NCBI RefSeq assembly: GCF_009914755.1
Contig: NC_060929.1
Direction: 5' to 3' (one strand)
Length of the DNA: 64,000 bases
Source: the human T2T-CHM13v2.0 reference genome, Homo sapiens
Positions 28,100 through 42,426 of this stretch are shown in pieces. The notes under the pieces were generated by a model. That model worked only from the letters and a program-made list of their open reading frames with translations. It was not told where the DNA came from and did no database searches. The position numbers and the translations under genes are program-made. The first letter of the stretch is position 1; the number at the start of each line of letters is the position of its first letter.

Positions 28100-28950
28100 A
28101 AACATTGAAACGGGTCGGCACTGGAATGCCCTCTCCCTGTCGCCCAGGCCCTGTTCTCCCGGGGCTGCACTGACTGGCGGGTCTTTGGCTGCCCTCGCAG
28201 AGATTCCCGGGCAGATGGAGGTCTCAGGGCTGAGGACACCGCCTTCGTAGCCCCGCCCTGGCGGCCCCGCCCGTAGCCTGAGGCCCTGAGGCCCAGCGGC
28301 CCCGCCCCCGCAGCTCCGCCCCCGCAGCCCCGCCCCTGCAATCCTGGTACCCGAAGCTGCGAACCCGCAGCGCAGGCCCAGCCTCCGCAGCGCCATCTCT
28401 GCAGCCCAGTCTCTGCAGCCCCGCCCCCGCAGCCCCACCTCCGAACCCACAGCCCCGCCTCCGACTCTGCAACCCCGCCCCGCAGGCCTGCCGGCAGGTG
28501 CCTAACAGTGACCTCGCCGTGCTGCACTCCCTGCGCGTTGGTCACTTACAGTCGTCGCAGAGGTGGATAAAACTTGAGGTGCCTCCTTCTGCCCTCTTCA
28601 GCTACTTATTCCTGCCAGTGCATACTCCGGCCCTGTGCGTGCGCTTCCACTGGGGAAGTTGTCCCCTGGGGTGGAAGGGTCGAGGCCTCCGTGGGCTTCG
28701 GGTTACTTGGGGAAGCTCGTGACCCTTGGAAGCGAAGCTGCTGGGCAGGCTGCGGGAAGGCTCGCTGGCGCGGGGCTTAGGATTTGGGATGCAGGAGCTT
28801 CCTCTAGGGGTGCGCCTCCTGGCTCGCCGCCAGGGACCGGGCGCTGTCAGGCCTGAGGCCCCTGTGCCCCAGATCCTCCACGGCGGCTGTGCTGGAACCC
28901 CACACTTGCTGGACGTGTGTGCCGGGATCCCCGAGTCCAAGCCAACACCA
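28100..28950. promoter_or_regulatory. CpG island with GC boxes (candidate promoter/enhancer)
   Basis: High GC and CpG density against a CpG-poor background; many CCCCGCCC (Sp/KLF) motifs. Confidence 0.75.
28246..28490. repeat. Degenerate 14-bp tandem repeat GCAGCCCCGCCCCC
   Basis: Read directly within the CpG island. Confidence 0.75.
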
Positions 28951-29038
28951 GCGAGATTCTTAAAACTATCCTTGGTAAAAATGTAGCAAAACCTCAAATA
29001 AAGTAAACATTTTGATTTTTGAATAATAGTCACATTTA

Positions 29039-29581
29039 GAATATTGCAACAGTTTTGTAAGAAAATAACACCTTGAAATGTTTCAGGAGTTGGACTTCAG
29101 AGGCAAAAGCATGTTTGCGATGAGGTAACCTGTCTCGGTGTCTTTGCATCCTGCTGTGCCCCACCGTGTTTTGAAAGAGGGTTGCAGAGTCACTGACCCT
29201 GTGGGATGGCCAAACTGCACATGCCCAGCGCTCTGCCCGCCCCAGGGCACCTCTCCCACCTGCCAAGGAACCTGCTCCCACCCTGACCACTCGCAGATAA
29301 TCCAAGACTCACTATATCTTAATGGAAAACCACAGTCACATTGGCAAATGTTTGGACAACCCGAATCTGACCTCCAGAAAGGAGAGCCCCGCGCACCCCC
29401 TGCTCAGGAAGACTTGGCTGTGCGAGTGAAAGTGTGCAGCTGTGAGGAGAAAGCCCTTCCTGGCCTGTTGCCCTGTATTTTCTGACCACTACGTTTCCTT
29501 TGGTTAAAAAAAAAAAAAAAAGTCTCTGGAGAAAGATGATAGAGTCCTTTATTAAAAGGCATTTAGCCTACAGGAATGTCT
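29039..29581 (+). repeat. Local direct duplication, copy 1 (543 bp)
   Basis: About 98% identical to 31213-31757; near-identical ORFs appear twice in the ORF track. Confidence 0.95.
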
Positions 29582-31212
29582 TCTGCTAAATGAGGTTCTC
29601 TGTCAGCCCTACAGCTGCCTCAGACATAAAAAAGGTGTATGGGGAAAGCTCCAGGGTCCTGAGCCTATCGAACAGGTGATCCTGAGCCACCCCAGCCATT
29701 CCAGGACGCTCCCATTAGTCACTCAGAAGCTGTTCATAAGCTTCTCTTTCAAATCACCCCTCGTGTCCCGGGAAGAAGGGGAAATGGTCTACAAGGCGGA
29801 AGAACCTACAAATTGTAGGATGTTTACTTAATCCAGGGCCTTGTTAGTGTGGAAACACATCTGTAAATGCAGAATTGAGCTCACAATGCCCTGGCAGCAG
29901 CGATGCTCTTTAGAGCTGTGTCGCTGTGTTCCAGGAGACATGTGTTTGCCAAGGAGGAGAAAACCAAACAGGACCCTGTGCCTACCTTAAAATGCGAAAG
30001 TGCTTTATGAAACAATGAGCTTCTCTTGCAGGTCATTCTCCAGAATGCCAATTACATACTTATTCTTCCTGCTTGAGAAACGGGAAACATATTCCGTTGT
30101 CCAGGAGAGCCATCTGCATTGTGGTTGCTGCACCTTCATGGAAGGAGGGAAATTGTGACTTGCAGTCGAAGCCGAGGGTTCCAACAACTTTTGTTCTGAA
30201 TTTCTGTAACGGAGGGCCATCCTTTATTTGCATGTTGAAAATCTGTTTGTTAAGTCTGCAGTGGAGCAGAAAATAGAATTTTTAAAGCACTCTCTCCTGA
30301 CCTTTTCTATTTCGTATTTTTTAAGAGACAGAAATTTAACCCCTATCACATTGGCAATCATCCGGAATAATGTTTTAAATGCATCTTTGTGTTTGTAAAA
30401 CTTGCTTCGAGATGAGAAAGTAAGTTTTCTGGATTTTGACGCAGTTTTGAAGTGCAGCATGTTAATTTCTAAATAGAAGCACTGGCATTGGATAAACTAA
30501 AGTAACGTGAATATAATTCTAGGAACTATAAGCTTACTTTCCTTATTTCTGGCTTTCTTTAGCTCTACGTATCTATTTTTTAATGCACTTAAGAAAAAAG
30601 CTATGCAATTGTGAAGGGTTTTTTTTATTATTATTATTCACAGGTTGAGGTTCATTTTGTCTTTCATCTGACAATTCTTTTCATTTAAATTCCACAATAT
30701 GCCCGAGTGAGCAAAGAGAAAGGAGTCAGGGAGACAGAAATCTTCAAACTAAAACAAACAAACAAACAAAAAACATGCTATGCCTGGCTTCCCAAGCTGA
30801 TTTTTTGGTTACTGTTATTACTAACCCCATACAAGTGTTTTTAGTGGGAAATAATGTTGATTCAGTTCCCCGGCTCTGGTGCCCACGTGAGCCCTGCAGC
30901 CGCCTGTCCTCCCCAGCAGGGAGAGCTCTGCGCTTTGATCATGAACCCTGGCTCTCAAAACGGTTCTTTCATATGGAAGCTCTCCTTCTTCAGACCAAGA
31001 ACAGGCTTAGGAAAGAAAAGAAACAAAAGGCGTATTTCAAATCCACCCAATGCCATCTTTTTTCAAACATGTTCCTCATGTATATTTCAAAGGGGCCGTT
31101 TCCACAGAAGCAAAGACTGCATGAGCCAGTGGCGGCAACGCTTCTAAAGCGCTTGAGAGGGAACTTCCAATAAAGAGCTTTACAGACAGCATTGAGAAAT
31201 TAGATACTTTTC

Positions 31213-31757
31213 GAATATTGCAACAGTTTTGTAAGAAAATAACACCTTGGAATGTTTCAGGAGTTGGAGTTCAGAGGCAAAAGCATGTTTGCGATGAAGT
31301 AATCTGTCTCTGTGTCTTTGCATCCTGCTGTGCCCCACCGTGTTTTGAAGGAGGGTTGCAGAGTCAGTGACCCTGTGGGATGGCCAAACTGCACATGCCC
31401 AGCGCTCTGCCCGCCCCAGGGCACCTCTCCCACCTGCCAAGGAACCTGCTCCCACCCTGACCACTCGCAGATAATCCAAGACTCACTATATCTTAATGGA
31501 AAACCACAGTCACATTGGCAAATGTTTGGACAACCCGAATCTGACCTCCAGAAAGGAGAGCCCTGCGCACCCCCTGCTCAGGAAGACTTGGCTGTGCGAG
31601 TGAAAGTGTGCAGCTGTGAGGAGAAAGCCCTTCCTGGCCTGTTGCCCTGTGTTTTCTGACCACTACGTTTCCTTTGGTTAAAAAAAAAAAAAAAAAAGTC
31701 TCTGGGGAAAGATGATAGAGTCCTTTATTAAAAGGCATTTAGCCTACAGGAATGTCT
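31213..31757 (+). repeat. Local direct duplication, copy 2
   Basis: 10 substitutions and A16 vs A18 relative to 29039-29581, counted by eye. Confidence 0.95.
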
Positions 31758-32118
31758 GTATTATTGTGATAGTGATTATTAAAAAATAATCGCAATATAA
31801 CTTGCCTGGAATTGTTGTTGTTAAAAAGGGTTAGGAATACTTGCATGTCTTTCAGATCGAGGTGGAAAGGGGAGCACCTATAGTTTCTCATGGCTTCATG
31901 GGGCTCCTTGCACCCCTGGTAATTGTCTTTTGTCTTGGTGTAGCAATTATGAAACAAGACAAGTGTATCATAAATCATATTTTTATAAGAGTCATCCCCA
32001 AATTTTTGGTAGGGCTTAAAACTTTTTTTCGACACAAAATACAGTGCCCCCAAGAAATGTCCATTCAGATAATGAGAATTTGACCTCACAAGACATTTCC
32101 GCTCAAAAGACATTTCTT

Positions 32119-32514
<396 letters not shown>

Positions 32515-32778
32515 TTAGCAGTCTTTCACTATTGAGATGAAGTAATTTTGATCGCTTTCTTTTGCCTTTATCTTTGATTTTCATTTTGTTTTATGGGGAT
32601 GGAATGGGCAGGGATTTACATGAAATTTTCAAGTTTAAACATAGATATTACAATATTGTTAATTATTGAAGTAATTTCATGCCACTAATTTTAACTAATT
32701 AGGCATTACAAAAATCTTTGCTTGATAAAGAGTTTTTCAGAACTAACTTGGTTTTTCTTTTAAACCAAGGAATACTCA

Positions 32779-32976
32779 ATCTCTGTCTTCCTTAGAACAT
32801 GCTTGAAAATCAGATATTACTATCATTGTATCTGCTTCTAAAGCTGAGGCACAGGCAGGCTAAGTGACCTTAACATCAATGAAAATGTGGACTTGTGAAA
32901 AGCACGAAGCAGATTCTCTAAACCTGCCTGCTGATTCCAATATCCTCATGAAGTACCCAATGGCCTAAGATAAAAT
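32779..32976 (+). repeat. 198-bp duplicated segment, copy 1 (contains MIR-like core)
   Basis: Colinear with 35703-35900. Confidence 0.85.
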
Positions 32977-34184
32977 GTGTTTCCTCTCCCCCAGACCCTG
33001 TGTTTTCACCATCTTAAGCTGGGGAAAGAAACGACAAAAAGTGGCAGAAAGATTAGACTTGGTTTATAGTCATTTCCATCATCTCTTGGAAGAAGAAAGA
33101 TGCTGGTTACCTTGGGCCTGTAGAGCAGGTCCCGGGAATTGACCACATGAGGCACATTTGTGCGTGGAAAGCAAAAGCAGTGTGTTTTCGGCTGCCTGGG
33201 GACCTGGGCACCAGGCACAGTGCTCAGAGCAGCCATCCCGAGGCAGATTTCACCGTGCACAGCCTATGGCATAAGAGCCATGCTGCAAGAGCCGGTGAGT
33301 GGCAGACAGAAGTTGCAAACTAGGTCTCTCTGCCTGTTCTCTGGAGCCTGCCTTTTTCCTGGGTGCATTGCCCCTTCTCACTGCCATATTGTATGCATTC
33401 ATATGTGAGGTTCTTCTTTTTCTGCAAGAAAAAAGAACAAAACACATTAAGGATTTCAAGATTATATCCACCTTATTCAATAGATTTTACCCCAGATAAT
33501 TTCACAACCTTTTTATATAATTCCAGATTTGATTAAACACTTCCCTTCTCAGTTCTGAAACTTGCATGGACTTAGTCAACCAAAATGTTTTCTCACAAAA
33601 ACCTCAAAGAACAGTTAACACACACAATTTCTAGTGGTCATGTAAAAAGATAGTAATATATATATTTCTACCTATTGATTCATTTAAAATTAGAAATAAT
33701 TGCTAAGCATTTTGAGAAAATAATTAGGACTAGTTTGAAGTTTAATTTGGGTAGAAGTCAGTTTGCAGGAATGATACATTTACTTTTAAATTTAGTCATA
33801 TCCATATTCAGGTCAACATTTACAGTGACCAAAATAAAGACTAATATAAAAATCATTTTAAGAGAATATTTTTAAAACAGAATATTTTTACAGTTGCAAT
33901 GGACCAGCGTCCTGAGGAAGGAGCAGGCTTCCCCTGTTGATGCTCTGCAAGGTAGACCTGCAGAGGACTGCCTGGCTCCCTTGTCTAAGAAGGGCAAACA
34001 TCTTCACCTCTCTTAGATGAAGCCTGAAATGTGCTTTAAATCCATAATCCCTGGGTACTCCTGGAAACCACAAACCTGCCCACTCATTGTCAGTAGAGCC
34101 CAGTAGAAGTCAAAAATAAAGAGGGGGTTTCTGCAGAATTGTAGACTAATAGCATGATTAAGATGCTGACTAAAATATATATAT

Positions 34185-34467
<283 letters not shown>

Positions 34468-35702
34468 ACTAAAATATTTTTAATGCACAGTTGAGCTAGC
34501 AGCAAATAAAGGAATCTCTTCAAAGTGAGAAAGGACAAGAAAGCTTAACTCCCCAGGAGAAAGGAGCACTGAAACCATTTGCCCTAGATTTGAACAGGGT
34601 GGGATGTAGACAGTCTCGGGTGGGATGCAGATGGAAGGTTACAGGCCACATAGAAGGGCAATGGAGACAAAGTCTGGGGCCAAAATTAGGGGATGTCATA
34701 TCAGCGACAACCCCACCCCCAAAAGCCAAGTCTCACATAGGGAGATATCTTGGGGGTAAGCCAAAAAAAAAAAAAAAAGCCCCCAAAGAGGAAGAAGATA
34801 GGGATGCTAACCTACTGTTAACCTAACTGTGGGTGGATCAGAGAAAAAAGCACACACAAACAGCAATATCTCCCAGAAGAATTTCTACCCAAAGGCCTGC
34901 ACTCATGAATTTGGGACAGGAATATATACTGCTAGTGGGCTCAATTCCCCCAAAATGTGTTTTCAGTGATCCCAGGTTAGAAGTACCATCGAGGACCTGC
35001 AAAGGCAGTTGCAAATCTTCACTACAGGGAAGTTATTTTGATTCCAGTCCTTAAAAGATCCCCACACATGAAGTTCCAAGGATCATGAATTCATACTCCT
35101 ACCCACACAATCCTAAGCAGATGAGAAATAAAAGAACAAATAAAACATCATGAGAGAATTTCCAGGAACAACAAACTGTGCTTAGAGGCAGACTTACAAA
35201 ATTTGTGTATATTTTATTTACCACATTTAGAATGTCTAAAATATGTGTGTTTAATATGTTTAAGAAATAAGAGAGGAATGCAAAAGTATGACAAAAGAAT
35301 AAGAGATTACAAAAATTTACCAAATTTGAACAAGAGCAAAATGGAGCTTTTAACAACAAGACCACACGAACATAAATATTTCAAAGTATAAAGCCAGGAA
35401 ACAAGGATAAAAGCAGATTAGTTACAAATGATGAGATAATTTATGTATGATTTGTCTGAAAATACCCAGAAAACAGCACAGGAAGACACAGTGATAGACA
35501 ATAGAAAGTAAGAGGATGGAAGATTTCTCTTATGTTTAGAATGTAGAAAATAACAAGAAACTATTATTTTAATGAAATAACCCAAGCAAGATGTAAGAAG
35601 CAACAAAATCATAGTCTTTCTAATCAGAGAGCTGATGATTAAAAAAAAAGAACCCATACATGATTAAATTCTAGAAAATAGCAGAGAAGACAGATATATT
35701 TT

Positions 35703-35900
35703 ATCTCTGTCTTCATTAGAACATGCTTGAAAATCAGATATTATTATCATTATGTCTGCTTCTAAAGCTGAGGCACAGGTAGGCTAAGTGCCCTTAACTT
35801 CAATGAAAATACAGACTTGTAAAAAGCCCTGAGTAGATTCTCTAAATCTGCCTGCTGATTCCAATGTCCTCATGAAGCATCTAATGGCCTAAGATAAAAT
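35703..35900 (+). repeat. 198-bp duplicated segment, copy 2
   Basis: Roughly 88-90% identical to 32779-32976, no visible indels. Confidence 0.85.
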
Positions 35901-36112
35901 CTCTTCCTTTTCTGGGAAGGGAAGAGATTCTCATTCTTCTTGTAAACACAAGAGAAAAAGAAATCTGCCATAGATGGGGATAAAGATGAATTAGGATGAA
36001 CTTTAGTAAAGGTGCAATGGCATATATGGCTGACAGATTAGAATTCTGAGGCTCCTCAATAATAGAATATGCTTCCCCCACAGGCTTTCCTCAAATGCTC
36101 AGGAACAGTATG

Positions 36113-36743
36113 TGTGATGGTTAATGTTAGGTGTCAGTTTGACTGGATTGAAGGATGCCTAGATGGCTGGTAAAGTATTGTATCTGGGTGTGTCTGTGAG
36201 GGTGTGTCTTGAGTCAGTGGACTGGGAGAGGAAGACCCTCCCTCCATGTAGGTGGGCACCATCCCATTGGCTGCCAGCATGGCTGGAACCAAGCAGGAGG
36301 AGGAAGGTGGGATAGGCTGGCTTGCTGGATGTTCTGGTTTCCTTCTTTTTCCTGTGCTGGATGCTTCCTTCTGCTCCTCCTGCCCTTGGACATCAGACTC
36401 CAGGTTCTTCAGCCTTTGAACTCTGGGACTTGCACTAGTGGCTTGGCAACGACTCTCAGACCCTCATGCACAGACTGAAGGCTGCACTGTTGGCTTTCCT
36501 GGTTTTGAGGCTTTAGGACTTGGACTGAGCCACTACCAGCTTCTCTCTTCCCCAGCTTGCAGACGGCCTGTTGTGGGACTTTGCCTTGTGATCGTGTGAG
36601 CCAATTCTCCCTATAAAAACAAACAAACAAACAAAAAAAAAAAACAAAAGAAAAAACCAAACCAAAACAAAAAAAACACTCCCCCTTTTATATGTACATA
36701 TATCCTGTTAGTTCCATCCATCTGGAGAATCCTGACTAATACA
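36113..36743 (+). mobile_element. ERVL solo LTR (MLT2 family)
   Basis: TGTGATGGTTAAT...gtgtcagtttgactggattgaaggatgc ... ctggagaatcctgactaatACA; near-TSD GTATG/GTATA. Confidence 0.85.
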
Positions 36744-36957
36744 GTATACCAGAGCCTGCGGTGGAGACCAGATAGAGACCTGGAGATTCCCCTGAAGTCC
36801 AAGGCACCTTCTCCCAGACCAAGGCAACACCTACTGAAGGAGGAGAGAAGCAGAGCGTGAGATCTGTGATAAATCAACCCAAGGCACTCACCATTTTTAG
36901 TTCCCAAGAGCCGGGCATAAACAAGAGACCTGAGGGAATCCTCCTCTCTTAAAAAAC

Positions 36958-37186
36958 AAAAGCAGTGGACCAACTATGAAGAGGAAAATTTCTGCCTTGA
37001 ACTGTATCTGAAAGATGTTATTTGGGAAAGAAAAGAAAGAGAAGAATGGGCAAAGAAGTAATCACATGGTTGAAGTCTGTGGATGCAACTGTTAATGAAG
37101 ATGGTTAAACTTGAAATAAACAATTTTAAGAATTATTTGGTCTGCAGATATTTTACTTTAAATAAATGTCTATTGTAATGGTAAAA

Positions 37187-37218
<32 letters not shown>

Positions 37219-37231
37219 CAAAACAAAACCA
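36958..37231 (+). pseudogene. 5'-truncated processed pseudogene of UQCRB (complex III ubiquinone-binding subunit)
   Basis: 36963-37061 translates [32 protein letters not shown], matching the recalled UQCRB C-terminus [32 protein letters not shown]. Followed by 3'UTR, AATAAA (37161), A/(AAAAC)n tail, TT|AAAA insertion site and AAAAAAC TSD. Confidence 0.9.
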
Positions 37232-37239
37232 AAAAAACC

Positions 37240-39480
<2,241 letters not shown>

Positions 39481-39770
39481 AAGAGAGAAAAATATCAAGG
39501 GAGGCAATACCATCTGGAGAATGTCTGTCACATGTGCTGTGCTACACACAGGGGGGATGAAAATAAACTTCTATTTTGACAGCAAGGAAACCGACAGTGA
39601 TAAATAAATGTGGTTAGTAAGTCAAAGTAGTCCCAAGTAGAGGAAGTGGAAAAGCAAGAGGAGGCGGTGAATTACATGAGTTTCTCTAACCCTCTCAGGT
39701 GTACTAAAGCCAGTTTTCAAATCCCGTGTTAACAGCCAAATGGAAGCAAGTCTATATTGCTACTCTATTA

Positions 39771-40185
39771 CAGTTGCCCCTGAACAATATGGGTTTGAAC
39801 CCCGCAGACTTTCTTTTGCTTCTGCCACCCCTAAGACAATCAGAACAATTTATCTTCTCCCTCCTCCTCCTCAGCATACTCAAGAAAATACAACCAGGAT
39901 GAAGACCTTTGGGAAGATCTGCTTCCACTTAATGAAAAGTAAATACATTTTCTCTTCCTTATGATTTTCTTAATAACATTTTCTGTTTTCTAGATTACTT
40001 TATTGTAACAATACAGTATATAATACACACAATATAGAAAACCCGTATTAATTAACTCTGTTATTGGTAAGGCTTTCAGTCAACAGGCTATTAGTAGCTA
40101 AATTTGGGGGGAGTCAAAAAATTTTGGACTGTGTAGAGGGTTGGTGCCCTTAACCCCACATTGTTCAATGTTCAAGAGTCAACTG
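39771..40185. mobile_element. Tigger2a/MER28-like DNA transposon fossil
   Basis: TA|CAGTTG...CAACTG|TA terminal inverted repeats with TA target duplication. Confidence 0.8.
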
Positions 40186-40229
40186 TAATCAATATTTTGT
40201 AATTATATTTTAAAATGTGCCTTATGTGA

Positions 40230-41580
40230 GATCCACTATAAAAAGAACTTGATCACTAATATACTGCATACAAAGTCAATTTGAGATGAATTATGGACCC
40301 AAATGTAAAAGCTAAAACAATCATAAAACTTCTAGAAGAAAACACAGAAGATTACGTCTGTGATCTTGGGGCAAGCAAAGATTTTTTAGGAGACAAAAAA
40401 CATGCTGATAAAATTAAAAAACGATTAATTATACTTCATCAAGATAAAACAATCCGGCCAGGCACAGCGGCTCATGCCTGTAATCTTAGCACTTTGGGAG
40501 GCCGGGGTGGGTGGATTGCTTGAGCTCAACAAATACGAAAATTAGCCAGGCATGTGGATCGCTCCTGTACTCTCAGCTGCTTGGGGGATTGAGCTGGGAG
40601 GATCTCTTGAGCCCAGAAAGCAGAGGTTGCAGTAAGCCAAGATCATACCACTGCACTCCAGCATGGGTGACAGAATGAGACCCTGTCTCAAAAAAAATAA
40701 AATCTTCATCACAAAACATTATCAACAAAATAAACAGTTAAGTCACAGACTGTGAGAATGTATTCATAAGAAAGAGGATTTGTATCCAAATTACATGAAG
40801 AACTTCTAAAACTCAATGATAATAAGACAAAGAACACAATTTAAAGGAGAAAAAAAGCAAAGAGGCTGTTCACAAAAGAAGACATAAAAATGGCAAATAA
40901 GCACATGAAAACCTGCTCAACTTCATCAACCATCAAGAAAATACAAACTAGACACCCCAGGAGCTCCTACCGCATGCTGCCCTAGAAGACCTGCAATGCC
41001 CAAGGCTGACTGCAGCAGGTGCTGGGAGGAATGCGGAGCCCTGGGATGCTTATCTGCTGCTGGCAGGGGTGGAAAATGGTACAGCCACTTTGGCAAACTG
41101 TCTGTCTTCTCCTAAAATAATATACTTCCATCCTATGACCCAGTGATGTCATTCCCAGGTATTTGTCAAAAATAAATGCAATATATTCATAAAAGTTCCT
41201 TTACAAAAAAGACTTTTATAATAGTCAAACCTGGATTGTTTAATCAACACGTGGGTAAATTATGCTTTGCTCATGCACTTGGATAGCAGTCAGCACACAA
41301 TATGCATGAGTCTCAAGAGTAACAGGCTAAGAGGAGTACAGCAAACACAGAAGTGTACATCCCAGGTGATTTAATCCATACAAACTTGAAGAAATAAGCA
41401 CAAGAGACTGAGGGTGACAGAAATCTGATCAGTGCAGGTTTTGCAGTGGAGGACTCACGGGAAGGAGAATTAGGTGCCTTTCTGGGACGGGGAAGATGCT
41501 CTGTGTCTTGACAGGCACCGTAAGGTATACTTGAGATCTGAGCACTTCCGTGTATAAATTGCACTAAAATTAAAGTTTCC
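40230..41580 (+). mobile_element. Old L1M ORF2 end/3'UTR remnant with nested internally deleted AluJ-like (40455-40700)
   Basis: aatgtaaaagctaaaacaatcataaaacttctagaagaaaac; caaataagcacatgaaa...tgctcaacttcat; ggtacagccactttgg. Confidence 0.7.
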
Positions 41581-41877
41581 CTTGGGTGCATCTGCATAAT
41601 TATGTCACCCCTGAGGCTGAGAGAGCATGGTAGGAACCACCATGGTCCTTGGAGATTCCTCAACAAAACCGTCTAGGAGGAAAAAGGGCAGAATCTGAGA
41701 GCAGCGCAAGAACCACCAGCTGTCTGTCCCTCCCTCTTCCCTCTGCAGTTCCCCATGCTGGGAGCTCTTGTGGTTCCAGGACAGCAGCTGATGGACCCCA
41801 AGGACTGGCCGCTTTTTGGGGGAAAATCACTGTTCTTGCCCTGTGGAAGTTCTAGAAAGAAGACAATCTATGCCAGC

Positions 41878-42426
41878 TCGGATGATTAATTTTATGTATC
41901 AAATTGCCTGGCCTTTGGTGTATGGTAGTTTGGTCTAACACCAGTTTACATGTTGCTCTGAAGATCTTGTCCAGATGTGATTAACATCTATAATCAGTTC
42001 ACTCTAACTGAGATGACCCTCAAGGATGTGGGTGAGCTCCATCCAATCAGTGGAAGGCCTGAAGTGCAAAGATGGAGGTTTCCCAAAGAAGAAGAAATTC
42101 TGTCTGAAGACTGCAATATGGAAACTTGAGTTTCCAGCCTGCTGCTCTGTGGAATTTGGACTCAAGATGGCAATATCAACTCTTCCCTAAATTTCCAGAT
42201 TCTGATGCCTGCCCTATGGATTGCAGACTTGCCAACCTCCACAAACATGTAAGACAATTCCTTAAAATTTCTCTCTTTGTCTGTCTATCTGTCTGTCTAT
42301 CCATCCATCCATGCATCCATCATCTGTATTGTATTAGTCAGGGTTCTCCAGAGACACGGACACACCGAACCCATGTGGGGATCCATCCTCCTGGCTCTGT
42401 GTCTCTGGAGAACCATGACTAGTGCA
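41878..42426 (+). mobile_element. ERVL solo LTR (older MLT2)
   Basis: gattaattttatgtatcaaattg...catccaatcagtggaaggcctga...tctctggagaaccatgactagtgca. Confidence 0.7.

Noticed and set aside
28004-29033. Several overlapping 70-166 aa ORFs in the CpG island
   Set aside because: Stop-codon depletion from high GC and the tandem repeat; no recognisable domain or exon structure.
29138-31659. Twin 115-aa ORFs suggesting a duplicated gene or an LTR-flanked element
   Set aside because: Non-ATG starts and no domain; the similarity just reflects the DNA duplication. The repeats lack TG...CA ends, PBS, PPT and TSD.
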